Positions 25,538 through 37,645 of a stretch of DNA of 64,000 nucleotides are shown piece after piece; the first letter of the stretch is position 1; every line of letters begins with the position of its first letter. The position numbers were made by a program, and so were the translations under genes. The stretch spans positions 29,822,001 through 29,886,000 of the forward strand of contig NC_043013.1 in NCBI RefSeq assembly GCF_006345805.1. Direction: 5' to 3'. Source of the DNA: Octopus sinensis (lineage: Eukaryota). The notes beneath the pieces are model-generated. The model searched no databases and was not told where the DNA came from. It saw nothing but the letters and a program-made list of their open reading frames with translations.

Positions 25538-27165
25538 CAGTTGCGACCAAAATGTTCAGAATGGCATTGTTTTCGTCAGAAAAGTAGATATAAGTTTTTA
25601 TCAAAGTTGTTTTATATTTTATAATTTTAACAGACACTAAATACAATATTAATGGTTATTGTCTGAGATTTTGGTGCAATTTTAGAGGATAATACAAAAT
25701 GTATGGATGATTTAGTGATTTACTGCCAAATCCATGGCGACCAAATGATCAGAACGGTTGCTTTTACTCCATGTTTTCGTATATTTAACCGGTGAACTTT
25801 AATGTTTTGAATTTGTTTACCTGACGGTTCATTTACTATACATTAGTAAGAGTATCTGCAGTGTACTTTGATAATATAATGCCACTTACTCCGTTACCAA
25901 TTCGTCAGCAGATTATTAAGCTTCGAAAGAAGGATACTTTAAGTATTGGGTCTATTGCAAAGATTGTTAACAAGTGAAAAAGTGTTGTTCACGGTATTCT
26001 TAAGGTCCACGATGATTGTGGTTCGTGTGAAGCAAGAAAGTCCACAGGTAGGCCAAGAAAAACGAGCAAGAGAGAAGATCGTGCTATGGTAAAGTTGGTT
26101 AAAAAGGACAGATTTAAAACTGCTGCTGTTGTTTCTCGGGAAATTAGCATTGTACTGAAGAAAACTTTATTTCGAAAAACTGTGTCTCGTCGTTTAGTTG
26201 AACATGACCTACAAGCAAGAGCGCCTGCAGTGAAATTACTGATCAGCTCCAAGAATAAAAGTGTCGTCTTACCTTTGCAACCGAACATGTGTTGTGGTCT
26301 CAAGAAAAATGGCAAACGGTGCATTTCTGTGATGAATCTAAGTTTATGTTATTTGGATCAGATGGGAAAAGGTACGTTTGTCAAAAAGTAGGTGAAAAAT
26401 TGTCGCCTAAATGCCTTAAGACTAATGTTAAATTCGGTGGAGGAAGTGTCATGGTTTGGTCGATGATATCTGGAGATGGTGTGGGCCCTTCGGTGCGATT
26501 ACATGGAAAGGTAAATGCAGGAGTTTATAAACAACTTGTAAAAGATCATGTCTTGCCTGTGCTGAGAAATTCAACTAAGCGATCACCCATATTTATGCAG
26601 GACAATGCCCCATGTCACAAGGCTAAGGTGGTCATGAACTTTCTCAAGGCTGAAAGGATTATTGTTATGGATTGGCCTGTTCAAAGCCCAGATCTTAATT
26701 CTATTAAAAATGTGTGGAATATTCTAGGAGAACGTTCGAAAGCCAGAAATCCTAAAACAACCGAGCAATTATGGAATGCCATTCAGGAAGAATGGAATAA
26801 GATCACCCAGCAAGAAATTGAAAATTTAATTTCCTCATGCAGTCGAAGATGTCAAAGTGGGATTGAAGCTAAAGGGCTTCACACTAAATATTAAATAATT
26901 CCAGTATTCTCTGTTATTTTTGATTATTTTGTTATTTTTTTCAACCGTTCTGATCATTTTTGCCGCCATGGGTTTAGCAGTAAATCACTAAATCATCCAT
27001 AACGTTTGTATTATCCTCTCAAATTGCACCAAAATCTCAGACAATAATAATTAATATTGTATTTATTGTCTGTTAAAATTATAAAATATAAAACAACTTT
27101 GATAAAAACTTATACCTACTTTTCTGACGAAATCAATGCCGTTCTGAACATTTTAGCCGCAACTG
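25538..27165 (+). mobile_element. Full-length Tc1-like transposon, 1628 bp, ~223-bp IR/DR-type TIRs, TA target duplication
   Basis: TA|CAGTTGCGACCAAAATGTTCAGA ... TCTGAACATTTTAGCCGCAACTG|TA; TIRs 25538-25760 and 26942-27165. Confidence 0.95.
25879..26894 (+). pseudogene. Tc1 transposase pseudogene
   Basis: MPLTPLPIRQQIIKL start, one premature TGA, frameshift near 26270, FCDESKF, FMQDNAP, SPDLNSIKN (catalytic E replaced by K), AKGLHTKY end. Confidence 0.9.
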
Positions 27166-27182
27166 TATATACATATATATAT

Positions 27183-27248
<66 letters not shown>

Positions 27249-27363
27249 CACACACACATATATATATAGTTAATCCTCGTCTCCCCAAAACGAGGAAATA
27301 CAAAAGAAAGAACAACAACGCGTAGACGTGGTATATGCAAAGCACTAGCAAACGCTTAGGGAA

Positions 27364-27409
<46 letters not shown>

Positions 27410-27584
27410 TCAAAATATTACGTTATATAATTAGGGCTTAGTAAAATAAATTACTTTGCCACATACTGAAATTATTAGAAATAGCAGCCAAAAAGTTTTT
27501 TTAGCTATTTCCACTACCTTAAGAAAAAGTCTCCCAGATAGTGTTTACTCAAAAATAACTCACGAAGATATGGAGGTAAAACAG

Positions 27585-27636
27585 TACGTTTCAAGATCAG
27601 CCGAAGTAAAACTCAGCATTTCTTTCGTCAGCTCAA
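27585..27636 (-). ncRNA. Hammerhead remnant: stem I 5' strand, CUGACGA, stem II, GAAAC; 3' part deleted
   Basis: UUGAG-CUGACGA-AAGAAAUGCUGAG(UUUUA)CUUCGGCUGAUCUU-GAAAC. Confidence 0.55.
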
Positions 27637-28142
27637 CATTTCTTAAATTTGGATTTGAAAGCACTAAAAAAAATGAACATACCCGTCCGATAATGAATCA
27701 CCTCAGACAAACATCTTCAAACTGCCAGTACTAGCAAATTCAAAAAGTACAAGTGAAAATTCATGTTCTTCCCACTTCCACCCACGTGAGTTATCTAGTA
27801 AACATACTAATACGGTGAGAACCGCAGTAAAAGAGCAGGGAGAAACGAATTATATTATCAATAATTAAGGGTAAAATCAATTAGTCATTAATTAATTTCA
27901 CCAAGTAATGTTCAGTATGTAAAAGGACCATTTAAGGCGTATTCAAAATATTACGTTATATAATTAGGGCTTAGTAAAATAAATTACTTTGCCACATACT
28001 GAAATTATAAGAAATAGCAGCCAAAAAGTTTTTTAGCTATTTCCACTACTTTAAGAAAAAGTCTCCCAGATAGTGTTTACTCAAAAATAACTCACGAAGA
28101 TATGGAGGGAAAACCGTAAAATATCACATGTACAAAGATTAT

Positions 28143-28172
28143 TTGAGAACGCTCACGTTTCAAGATCAGCCG

Positions 28173-28174
<2 letters not shown>
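28143..28174 (-). ncRNA. Hammerhead remnant: stem II 3' strand, GAAA, stem III, GUU site, stem I 3' strand
   Basis: UUCGGCUGAUCUU-GAAACG(UGAG)CGUU/CUCAA; CUCAA complements UUGAG of the other copy. Confidence 0.55.
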
Positions 28175-28217
<43 letters not shown>

Positions 28218-28905
28218 GACTCACACATGTGATTGTATATGGAACAGATTTATATAATTTATTGCCATCCTCCAACGCTATATGAAGAAAGGATCGTATG
28301 TAGTTATAGGAAATAATTAGTAACGTTTACTTTTGTTAAATTGTGATAAGTGACAAGGGACAAAAAGCAGGTGGTATATGGTGGGAGTATAATCGAAACT
28401 CTCTACCAGCACATGTCACTGTAGTTATTTAGCTTGAATAAGTAATGAAGCTTCAATGAGGTGGCTCTATGTGTTTGCTGAGTCTTGTAAAAATAAGAGC
28501 AAAATCTTCCTCAAATATTTAAATATTTCCCGACTGTCTTCAAAGCAAAAGATTCATTGAATATTAATTAAAATTTAATTCTTATATTAATCAAATTGTC
28601 TGAAAATGTTGTTCTCGGGTAGAATACTGGAACCGATATGAGGTTAAAGAACAATACTACTATAACAAAGAAACAATAACATCTACATTGGTATTTCTTA
28701 GAGAACGTATATACGTCAGAAACCCCATTGAACGACCTTCTGATGTGAATAGGATGACCACCCATTGAAGTATAGCATTGATATTTTAGAAGGTCAGACA
28801 TCGACTCATAATGTTTCTTCGTGAAGTACTTAAAGTTTTAGATTATTTGGGAAAACTTTTATCGTGTCGTGAAGAAATGAAAGAAAACCGAAGACGTCAC
28901 AAGAA

Positions 28906-28907
<2 letters not shown>

Positions 28908-28977
<70 letters not shown>

Positions 28978-28981
28978 AGAA

Positions 28982-29075
<94 letters not shown>
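28908..29075. repeat. (GA)n microsatellite
   Basis: Direct reading. Confidence 0.95.
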
Positions 29076-29077
<2 letters not shown>

Positions 29078-29450
29078 TGGGGAAGAGAAAGACAGACGAT
29101 ACGGAAAGAAAAAAAGAGTTTTCTGAGAATTCAGAGATAAAAAGAAGCAGCTGTTTACGTCAGGGGTCCTGGAAAATCAACCCAAATAAATAGATAAAAT
29201 TGCTGATAAGGACCCTGTAGCCATTGACAACAATACATCTGGAACACAGAAGACGACACAACTAACATAGTTGTTTCATCAATTGGTAGGCAATACTATT
29301 GATATTTCGAGATCAATACTATTGGAATGAGTTCTATAGCAAGTTCAATAAAAAGTAGTTCGTTCTAGCCGCAGGAAGGGTTTTTCATACATGCACGCAT
29401 ACAAGCCTGCATACATACATACATACATACATACATACATACATACATAC

Positions 29451-29492
<42 letters not shown>

Positions 29493-29580
29493 TTATATAT
29501 TTACGCATAAATGAGAATATGTACAAGTGTGTATGCGTGTTTGTCCGTAAATATGCAAGTATATATGTACATATATATAT

Positions 29581-29625
<45 letters not shown>

Positions 29626-29668
29626 TGTCGTGCAGCTACTGTTTATACTCGTTCAGAGATTTATTATT

Positions 29669-29718
<50 letters not shown>

Positions 29719-29849
29719 GCACATTTACACACATACATAAGCACACACACACACGCACATATAAGAGTTAAGGGATGCGAGCGTAACCTTAGAAGTGGTG
29801 TAAACCGCTGGCTTCTCTTCTGGTCAAAGGTATCTTAATTAAAAATATA

Positions 29850-30062
29850 GAGCGTGAGCGGAAAGGTTCCCCGCTTTTGGTTAAAGAAAACACATGAGGA
29901 TCAATGAATTATGATTTTATTCAACATATTCACCTCACAGATTCAGAATCTTATTGCAGCGGTCGTTCACTTTTCTAATCCCTGTAAAAGAACTTGTAAG
30001 GTTGGGCCTCAATCTAGGCCTTTTGTGATACCCTTAAAGCCGGGGACTTTTCAGCACGATCT
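29850..30062 (-). mobile_element. Mariner-derived MITE (213 bp); second copy at 32807-33019
   Basis: Degenerate TIRs around gctgaaaagtccccggcttt, TA flanks; minus strand retains transposase C-terminus GIRKVNDRCNKILNL*GEYVE*. Confidence 0.75.
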
Positions 30063-30087
30063 TATATATATATATATATATATATAT

Positions 30088-30280
30088 ACCGGAGTAAACA
30101 CATAAATGCGAAACAAGGTGGAAAAAAGAGTACTCAAATACCAGTGGTAGGGTAATATGCTTTATTTAAAGCCGTTGCCGTTCGTCGGACAGTTTTTGTT
30201 AGCAAAAACTGTCCGACGAACGGCGACGGGAAACTCAGAGTAACAGGTTTTGTTGAATTTGCTGCTGCTTTAAATAAAGT
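30088..30280 (+). mobile_element. Penelope-like terminal fragment with palindrome and hammerhead-like motif; second copy at 33093-33245
   Basis: 27-bp inverted arms 30172-30198 and 30203-30229; outer IR ctttatttaaagc/gctttaaataaag; inserted in (TA)n. Confidence 0.6.
30205..30251 (+). ncRNA. Variant hammerhead motif (U4C core)
   Basis: AAAACUGU-CCGACGA-ACG(GCGA)CGG-GAAA-CUC(A)GAG-UA/ACAGGUUUU. Confidence 0.5.
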
Positions 30281-30295
30281 ATATATATATTCATA

Positions 30296-30706
30296 TTCTC
30301 TTTTACTCTTTTACTTGTTTCAGTCATTTGACTACGGCCATGCTGGAGCACCGCCTTTTTAGTCGAGGAAATCGACCCCGGAACTTATTCTTTGTAAGCC
30401 CAGTACTTATTCTATCAGTCTCTTTTGCCGAACCGCTAAGTGACAGGGACGTAAACACACCAGCATCGGTTGTCAAGCAATGCTAGGGGGGCAAACACAG
30501 ACACACAAACACACACACACATACACATACATATATATATATACATATACGACAGGCTTCTTTCAGTTTCCGTCTACCAAATCCACTTACAAGGCATTGG
30601 TCGGCCTGGGGCTATAGCAGAAGACACTTGCCCAAGATGCCACGCAGTGGGACTGAACCCGGAACCATGTGGTTGGTTAGCAAGCTACTTACCACACAGC
30701 CACTCC
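30296..30706 (-). mobile_element. SINE family B, full-length
   Basis: Reverse complement of 11027-11441 along its whole length. Confidence 0.9.
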
Positions 30707-30899
30707 TTCGGGCCTAAAAAATCGAGCAGACGCGCAAAAGCACAACAATACGCACGATACCAGCGACTATTCGCTCTCAACAGAAGGAAACTCATGGCAA
30801 CTATACTAGGTGAGGACCTAGGGGGCGAGTGCCCCGTCCCGATGAGCGAAGTAGAAACGCTCTACCGGGACAGGCTATCCCGCCCGGGGCCAGAGGTCG

Positions 30900-30900
<1 letters not shown>
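30707..30900 (+). mobile_element. GC-rich fragment resembling the pre-RT region of R2-like retrotransposons
   Basis: Stop-free GPKKSSRRAKAQQYARYQRLFALNRRKLMATILGEDLGGECPVPMSEVETLYRDRLSRPGPEVD. Confidence 0.45.
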
Positions 30901-30960
<60 letters not shown>

Positions 30961-30975
30961 TATATATATATTATA

Positions 30976-31017
<42 letters not shown>

Positions 31018-31290
31018 CATGAGGTCTGATCAATCGGGCAAAGATTGACTTGAACTGTGCTGTGCATGCGCAATAAGTTTTAACGTTCTTGCTCACATCC
31101 GCTGTTTACAGCAATGCTTGGAAGGAAGGTGTGTAGCGTGTGATCGTCGCAGTGACAATGACAGAAAGTTTTCAAAGCGATACCTGCTCAGAGGCTGACG
31201 CAAAGTTGTAGAAAGTGTATGGAGAGGAATGTATGAGGTGCACAGAAGTGTACGAGTGGTTCAGATGTTTCCAAGATGTCAGAAAAAAAG
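31018..31290 (+). mobile_element. 5' fragment of a mariner element
   Basis: TIR-like gaggtctgatcaat; HTH remnant KL*KVYGEECMRCTEVYEWFRCFQD. Confidence 0.65.
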
Positions 31291-31836
31291 TCGCATTTTG
31301 TGTTTGTTGTTGCACATACGAGTCGCTAGCTTTCTCATAAAACATCTAATTCCCTTAGCTTAGATTTTTTGTGAGCAACCAAATAGAACAGTCTCAAGTG
31401 TAACTGCCTGAAACTGTAAGGACATCTGGTAACTTGACTGATGAACGAAGTCCACAAATGACTCGTCCTTTTTTTCCTATCCCTCAAATTATCGTTTTTC
31501 CTGTCCGCCTGTGTATCGTCTATCTGTCCGTTTTTTTTATTGTCCTCAATTGCGTTTCTGTTCTATTATATATATATATTTATATACACATACATACATG
31601 CATACATACGTACATACATGGTAGCTGCCCCCTCGTTATCGAGTATGGCCATTGCACGAAGCTTAATCAATGTTGTTATCGTGCAATGTCTGTGCAAAAA
31701 TATTTTTTTAAAGTGAGGAAAGGCTGTGCACTGAGTCAATCCAACTCACTAAGCAACAGCAGCCATAATCCGAAAAGAAGAACAAGTCAACATCATCGGT
31801 AACGTACATACATTCATGCATACATAAATACATATA

Positions 31837-32086
31837 TTGGGTTGGTGTATAATTATTGCGGCTCTTTTTCAACAAATTTTATTCAACAGAAACAATAACA
31901 ATATTTAACAAAAACATCTTTAAATGACAGTCTGACCCTCTGTCAAGCAAATGGGAAGCCGTAATTGAAGTAAGTGGTGAATATGCTCCGTAATAATCAT
32001 TTAAAGCTGTTTTTGTTACATGGTGTTATTGCTTTTGTTGAATAAAATTTGTTGAAAAAAGTCGCAATAATTATGCAGCAACCCAA
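31837..32086 (+). mobile_element. Mariner-derived MITE, 250 bp, long TIRs, TA flanks
   Basis: TA|TTGGGTTGGTGTATAATTATTGCG ... CGCAATAATTATGCAGCAACCCAA|TA; interior LSSKWEAVIEVSGEYAP* is a mariner C-terminus. Confidence 0.9.
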
Positions 32087-32148
32087 TATATATATATATG
32101 TACATGTAAACATTTATATCATTATATTGAAATGCACATGCCTGTATA

Positions 32149-33017
32149 TCAGGTCATCCTATAAGTTCTGTCAAATTTTACCATTTTAAAACTGAATGAA
32201 ATTTATTGAATGTCTAATGGAATTAAAAATTATTTTTATGTATTTGTGTACATTTAAACTAATTAAATATTATTTTACAGAATAATAGAATTAAAATTTC
32301 TTTGATTAAAACCCTTTCTAACATGAAAGTATCCCAAGAGCATTTGAGGCACACAATGCCTTATGAGTACAAAAAAGGAAACTCTGCAGCCGAAGCGACT
32401 CGAAACATACACTCAGTTTATGGAAAAGAATGAAAGAACTTGCAGAAGATGGTTTGCAAAATTCAGAAGTGGAGATTTCAACCTTGAATATGAAGATCGA
32501 ACAGTATGAAGATCCTGCATTATCAGTTGAAGAATTGGCAGTAAAGCTTAGATCAAAACATACAATTGTTTATCGTCATCTTCAACAACTTGGAAAGGTT
32601 CCTAAACTTGGAAATGGGTGCCTCATGAATTGTCCGAAAGCAACCGCAAATCCCAGTTTGACATCTGCTCTTCTCTCCATTCTCACGAATTCATTTCACC
32701 CTTTTTTGGATAGACTTATAAGAGTTAAGGAATGCGAGCGGAACCTTAGAAGTGGTGTAAACCGCTGGCTTCTCTTCTGGTCAAAGGTATCTTAATTAAA
32801 AATATAGAGCGTGTGCGGAAAGGTTCCCAGCTTTTGGTTAAAGAAAATACATGAGGATCAATGAATTATGATTTTATTCAACATATTCACCTCACAGATT
32901 CACAATCTTATTGCAGCGGTCGTTCACTTTTCTAATCCCTGTAAAAGAACTTGTAAGGTTGGGCCTCAATCTAGGCCTTTTGTGATACCCTTAAAGCCGG
33001 GGACTTTTCAGCACGAT

Positions 33018-33093
<76 letters not shown>

Positions 33094-34039
33094 CCGGAGT
33101 AAAAACATAAATGCGAAACAAGGCGGAAAAAAGAGTACTCAAATACCAGTGGTAGAGTAATATGCTAGCAAAAACTGTCCGACGAACGGCAACGGGAAAC
33201 TCAGAGTAACAGGTTTTGTTGAATTTTCTGCTGCTTTAAATAAAGTATATATATATATGTACATGAGGTCTGATCAATCGGTATCCTAACTGTTGTCATA
33301 ATAACGAAGCTAAAGCACGCAGAGTAAAGCCGCTGGGCAAAGATTGACTTGAACTGTGCTGTGCATGTGCAATAAATTTTAACGTTCTAGCTCACATCCG
33401 CTGTTTACAGCAATGCTTGGAAGGGAGGTGTGCTTTTATCGAAATGTTAAACGTCGTAAACAGTGGCTTGGTAAAAGGGAAAAAGCTCAACCACAACAGA
33501 GAAGGGAACTTCATGTGAAAAAGGTTCTCTCTATCTGGTGGGATTGCAAAGGAGCAATTAACTTTGAATTGTTACCACCTAATGTAACAATCAATACTGA
33601 AGTCTACTGTCAGCTATTAGAGTGTTTGAACCAAGCTTTGAAGAAAAAAAAGACTCTTTAGTGAATCGAAAAGATGTGATGTTTCATCAGGACAATGCGC
33701 GACCCCACACTGCAAAGATCACATCGAAGAGCTTGGTTGGGAAAAATTCCTCATCCACCTTATTCTCTGGACCTTGCTCCTTCAGACTACCATATGTTTC
33801 GCAGCTTACAGAATCATTTAGATGACATAACTTTCGCAAGCCAGGAGGAGGTCGAAACTGATATTTCAGAGTACTTCGCTTTGAAACCAGAAGAGTTTTA
33901 TATTGATGGGATTAAAAAGCTTGTAAATAGATGGAAGGAAGTCATAGATACTCAGGGAAAGTACAATGATGATTAAATTTCAATTAAATATAACGTTTGA
34001 TCACATGTTTTCTTTATTTTAAATTCGGACAGAACTTAT
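32149..34039 (+). mobile_element. Mariner element (DD34D) disrupted by a ~716-bp insertion
   Basis: Left TIR TCAGGTCATCCTATAAGTTCTGTC, right remnant GACAGAACTTAT; MKVSQEHLRH...KWVPHELS...FLDRLI | insertion | CFYRNVKRRKQW...HQDNARPH...PYSLDLAPSDYHMF...QGKYNDD*. Confidence 0.9.
33171..33217 (+). ncRNA. Variant hammerhead motif (U4C core), second copy
   Basis: AAAACUGU-CCGACGA-ACG(GCAA)CGG-GAAA-CUC(A)GAG-UA/ACAGGUUUU. Confidence 0.5.
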
Positions 34040-34269
34040 ATATAATAGGTATGTTCATCCTCATACCTTCACATCCACAGAGTAACATATATTTCTACAT
34101 ATATTAATGACAAAGTAGGTACTTATAGATGTAGCACTTCCTTTATGGCTAGGAGTTCTAAAACTCCCTTGCGCTCATTCTCTGGCCCTTCATTGCTGCA
34201 TCTCTTTAGTTATTCAATTTTAGTATTGAAAACATTTATTATTTACAAACGGTTTTAGAAAGCTGCTGA

Positions 34270-37200
34270 GGAAATCTTGAATTTTGGCTTAAGGAATCTG
34301 CAAACTCTTCAGGATTGTGGTTTTGTTTGGATTATAGAAGTTGGCCTTTTGAAATCAAAATATTTAAACAAATGCCATATTGATATTGCTATTTTTATTG
34401 AAACTCATTTTTGTTGGGAACGCTCAACTGGAAAACACAAGGAGACACAGTTTTTATTGGATACGTGAAGAAGAAATGAATCGATGCAATCTGGTGTTCT
34501 GTTTGTAATAGAAGACAAAAACAAACTACCATTGCGAAACAACTATCATTACTTTCATAATGTCTAAGGGATGAGATTACTGTCTTAAAGGTATGTCTGA
34601 ATGAGTGTGGAATGCATAATATTTAGTAAGCTGCCAAACTCTGAAAATGTGTTGTATCGATGACAAGGTCCTAATCCTGGGGCATTTGGAATATCAAGGG
34701 AGATTCTGATAACATAAACATTCTGGTGTAACTAGAAGACACGGTGAAGGCAATATAGTTAATAATGAGATAGCCTGTTGTCCTTTTATAATTCACTTTA
34801 CCGGTATCCTCTAAAAATGTTCTAGAAACCACCAAATAACCATAAAACAACATAAATGTCAGTGGCTGACATTTAACTGATTACACAATCTGCAAAAAAA
34901 AAAAAGATAAAAATGTTCTTTTCCCTCGTTTATTCCATATCATTTATTGGCTGTCAGATTACACATGTGCAGAAAAGTATCTTTCAGGATTTCAAGAAAG
35001 TACTGACATTAAAATACCATAGTTGAGGATAAGAAGCGTTAGCCTCTTAGATAATTTAGATGCAACTCTGCCAAATGTAAATATTACAAAAAATACTGCA
35101 AAAATCTTGCAGGTATCTCAAAGAAGCAACATATCCGGCTTTGTTTGAGATGCATAGATGACCTGATCGTAAACTGCAGAATCATTGAACAAAAATGACC
35201 TTGTAATTAAGTCTTCGTTAGATAGATTTCTAACTGATGCGCTAGTGCACCTCAGGCAACATGGCCATAGTATACAAGAGTCACTAAGGAGGTTGTATCC
35301 CAAGCAGCATGGTTATGGTATAAAGGCGGCGAGCTGGCAGAAACTTTAGAACGCCGGGCGAAATGCTTAGCGGTATTTCGTCTGTCGCTACGTTCTGAGT
35401 TCAAATTCCGCCGAGGTCGACTTTGCCTTTCATCCTTTCGGGGTCGGTTAAATAAGTACCAGTTACGGATTGGGGTCGATATAATCGACTTAATCCGTTT
35501 GTCTGTCTTTGTTTGTTCCCTCTGTGTGTAAGCCCCTTGTGGGCAGTAAAGAAATAAGAATGGTTATGGTATACAATATTTCAAACTATTCACGAGAACA
35601 GGATAACTTAGAATAGTTCAATGCTAAAATCGTAACCTTTCTTTGAGCTAAAATGACCAGCATAAAATTCATTTAAGGTGTAGGAAAGCAAGGCCAGTGG
35701 GATCCAGCCTGCACAGATAGCGTGACTAAAGATATTCAATGAAGGTCTGAATAATATCTATGGGTTATACACCCGTAGTTCCTCTCCTATCTTGACATCT
35801 AGTAGTACAAAATTGCTGAGTGGAAAGAAAATGTGAATTGTTATAAAGACGGAAGTAAGCACATTGAAGTTGTTTCGCATATATGTTTATAAGTTTTGAA
35901 TATATCCTTTCATAAGATCTTCAAAGAAGATAATTAGTGCAACTTGCATATAAACCTATGATTAATGAAGCTCATGCGACGTCTGAGCGATAGGATTTTT
36001 CGGAAATTTCCAACTCAAAATGACACGCTTCTTGAAGGCGATAAATATATTGATATGAAACTGAGTCATAAATTCTTAGCACGTCAAGATGGAGTGACAT
36101 GTATGTCTTTCAGAACTCGGGGCATCCCTGAAACATCTTTCCAAATACAAAAGCAGTAAATTAACTTGTGATAGCCATCTTCTTTGTCCTGCCTGTAAAA
36201 TTGTTGCTGGCATAACCCTATCCTACACAAACCGATCATTCTTTCTTATAGAGAAAAACAAGTTATTTTAGATTCAAGGGTGGTTGTAGGTAAAGGTAGA
36301 GGTTAATTATCTTAAAATACTCTCCGAGACAAAATGCGGGAAAGGTACGATAGAAAAATAGGGAAGTGTACACTGTTTTGCTTACATTACTAAATAATTT
36401 AATCTGCTAAACCGAAGTCTGTTTGGAAATATGAAAAGAAAATCGGAGTAGCTGACAATATGCAAAATACTAATATATGCTATCAGATATTTCAGTTACA
36501 TGAGAATATCAAAAGTGTAGTAATTTCAAGAGAGAAACCTTTTAATATTTTGGCGTCAGAAATAGTAGTGAGCAAGGTTGTTTTTTGGTTTTTTGTTTAT
36601 TCTTGGGTTGTCAGTTACTTGATTGCACTTTTAAAGATTGCGGTCAGGGAGTAAAATTTGCATCATGTGCTAGTGTAGGGAGGGTTGTTTAATCACTAGA
36701 GATTCAAGGTGAAAATACTTAATGCAATAAGATTCTATCATGATATGTTACTGACGATGCAGCTCTTAGGACATCTTTTGAAGGAGTTCAATTAATTGTT
36801 GAATGCTCCGCGCATGCTCTTCATACATTTTGTCTCACCACAAGCTGAAAGGAAGCAGAAGCAATTCGCTATCCTAAGCAAATCACCAATCAAAGTAATG
36901 GAGTAAATTTCAGCCGGTTACTCATACTTTTCGAACAAATCCTAAAAATCTAAAACTGTAGAAGAATTACTGCAAAAGCTTAACTAGATGGCGAAATTAT
37001 GAATAGGTCGTCAAGAGCAAGGAAGTGGCTTCTTTGCTAAATTGCAACATCGCATCCAAAATGAGAAAGTTTATCTGAAGTTAAAAATTATTTTACTCTC
37101 GTACCATTGTATTTTCTGATTTACTTCATGGATCTGATATAGATTCATTCTAGATCAATAAGATACTTTGCATAAATGTTGCTTTCGTGGTACCTGCGGG

Positions 37201-37400
37201 TTTATTGAAAATTCGGATGATAAATACTTTCTAAAAGTTTTCCCATACGACTTCAAAATGATGCATGAAATGTTGGGCGATATCTCTGAAGATACACGAT
37301 AAACTGAAATTAGATTTATCTGATTGAAATCCTTCAAAAGAATAATGTAGAATCGCTAATTAGGGAGATAACCGTCAGAATTTAATAAAAGATTTTGAGT
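34270..37400 (+). mobile_element. Highly decayed RTE (BovB-like) LINE, interrupted by a SINE
   Basis: Ordered remnants: CHIDIAIFIETH (APE), IYGLYTRSSSPILTSS, TDDAALRTSFEGVQLIVECSAHALHTFCLTTS*K (RT DD motif), DGEIMNRSSRARSGF. Confidence 0.65.
35325..35559 (+). mobile_element. SINE family A, full-length with 14-bp target-site duplication
   Basis: ggcggcgagctggcag head, gagttcaaattcc B-box; TSD atggttatggtata at 35309-35322 and 35560-35573. Confidence 0.92.
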
Positions 37401-37613
37401 CTTCAAAGTAAGACAAGCTAACAGAAAACATGGAGAAGCTAGAATTTGAATGAAACTAGTCACCGGTTTTCTCCGATTGCGCTGTGATAAATGAAGATCG
37501 TTTCATTGTTTATAGATCTGAAGCTGGTTTGATATTTCCCAAAAGATACAGACATTAGTTAACGGAGTGAATGATTGAGTGGAATCTCAAGCGTAGAAAC
37601 TGAGAAGAGAGTC

Positions 37614-37615
<2 letters not shown>

Positions 37616-37645
<30 letters not shown>

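Larger units (their letters stand above)
27406..28174 (-). mobile_element. Partial tandem direct repeat (533-bp period), Penelope pLTR-like, carrying hammerhead halves, flanked by (TA)n
   Basis: gtattcaaaatattacg...caagatcagccgaa at 27406-27605 and 27939-28174. Confidence 0.8.
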
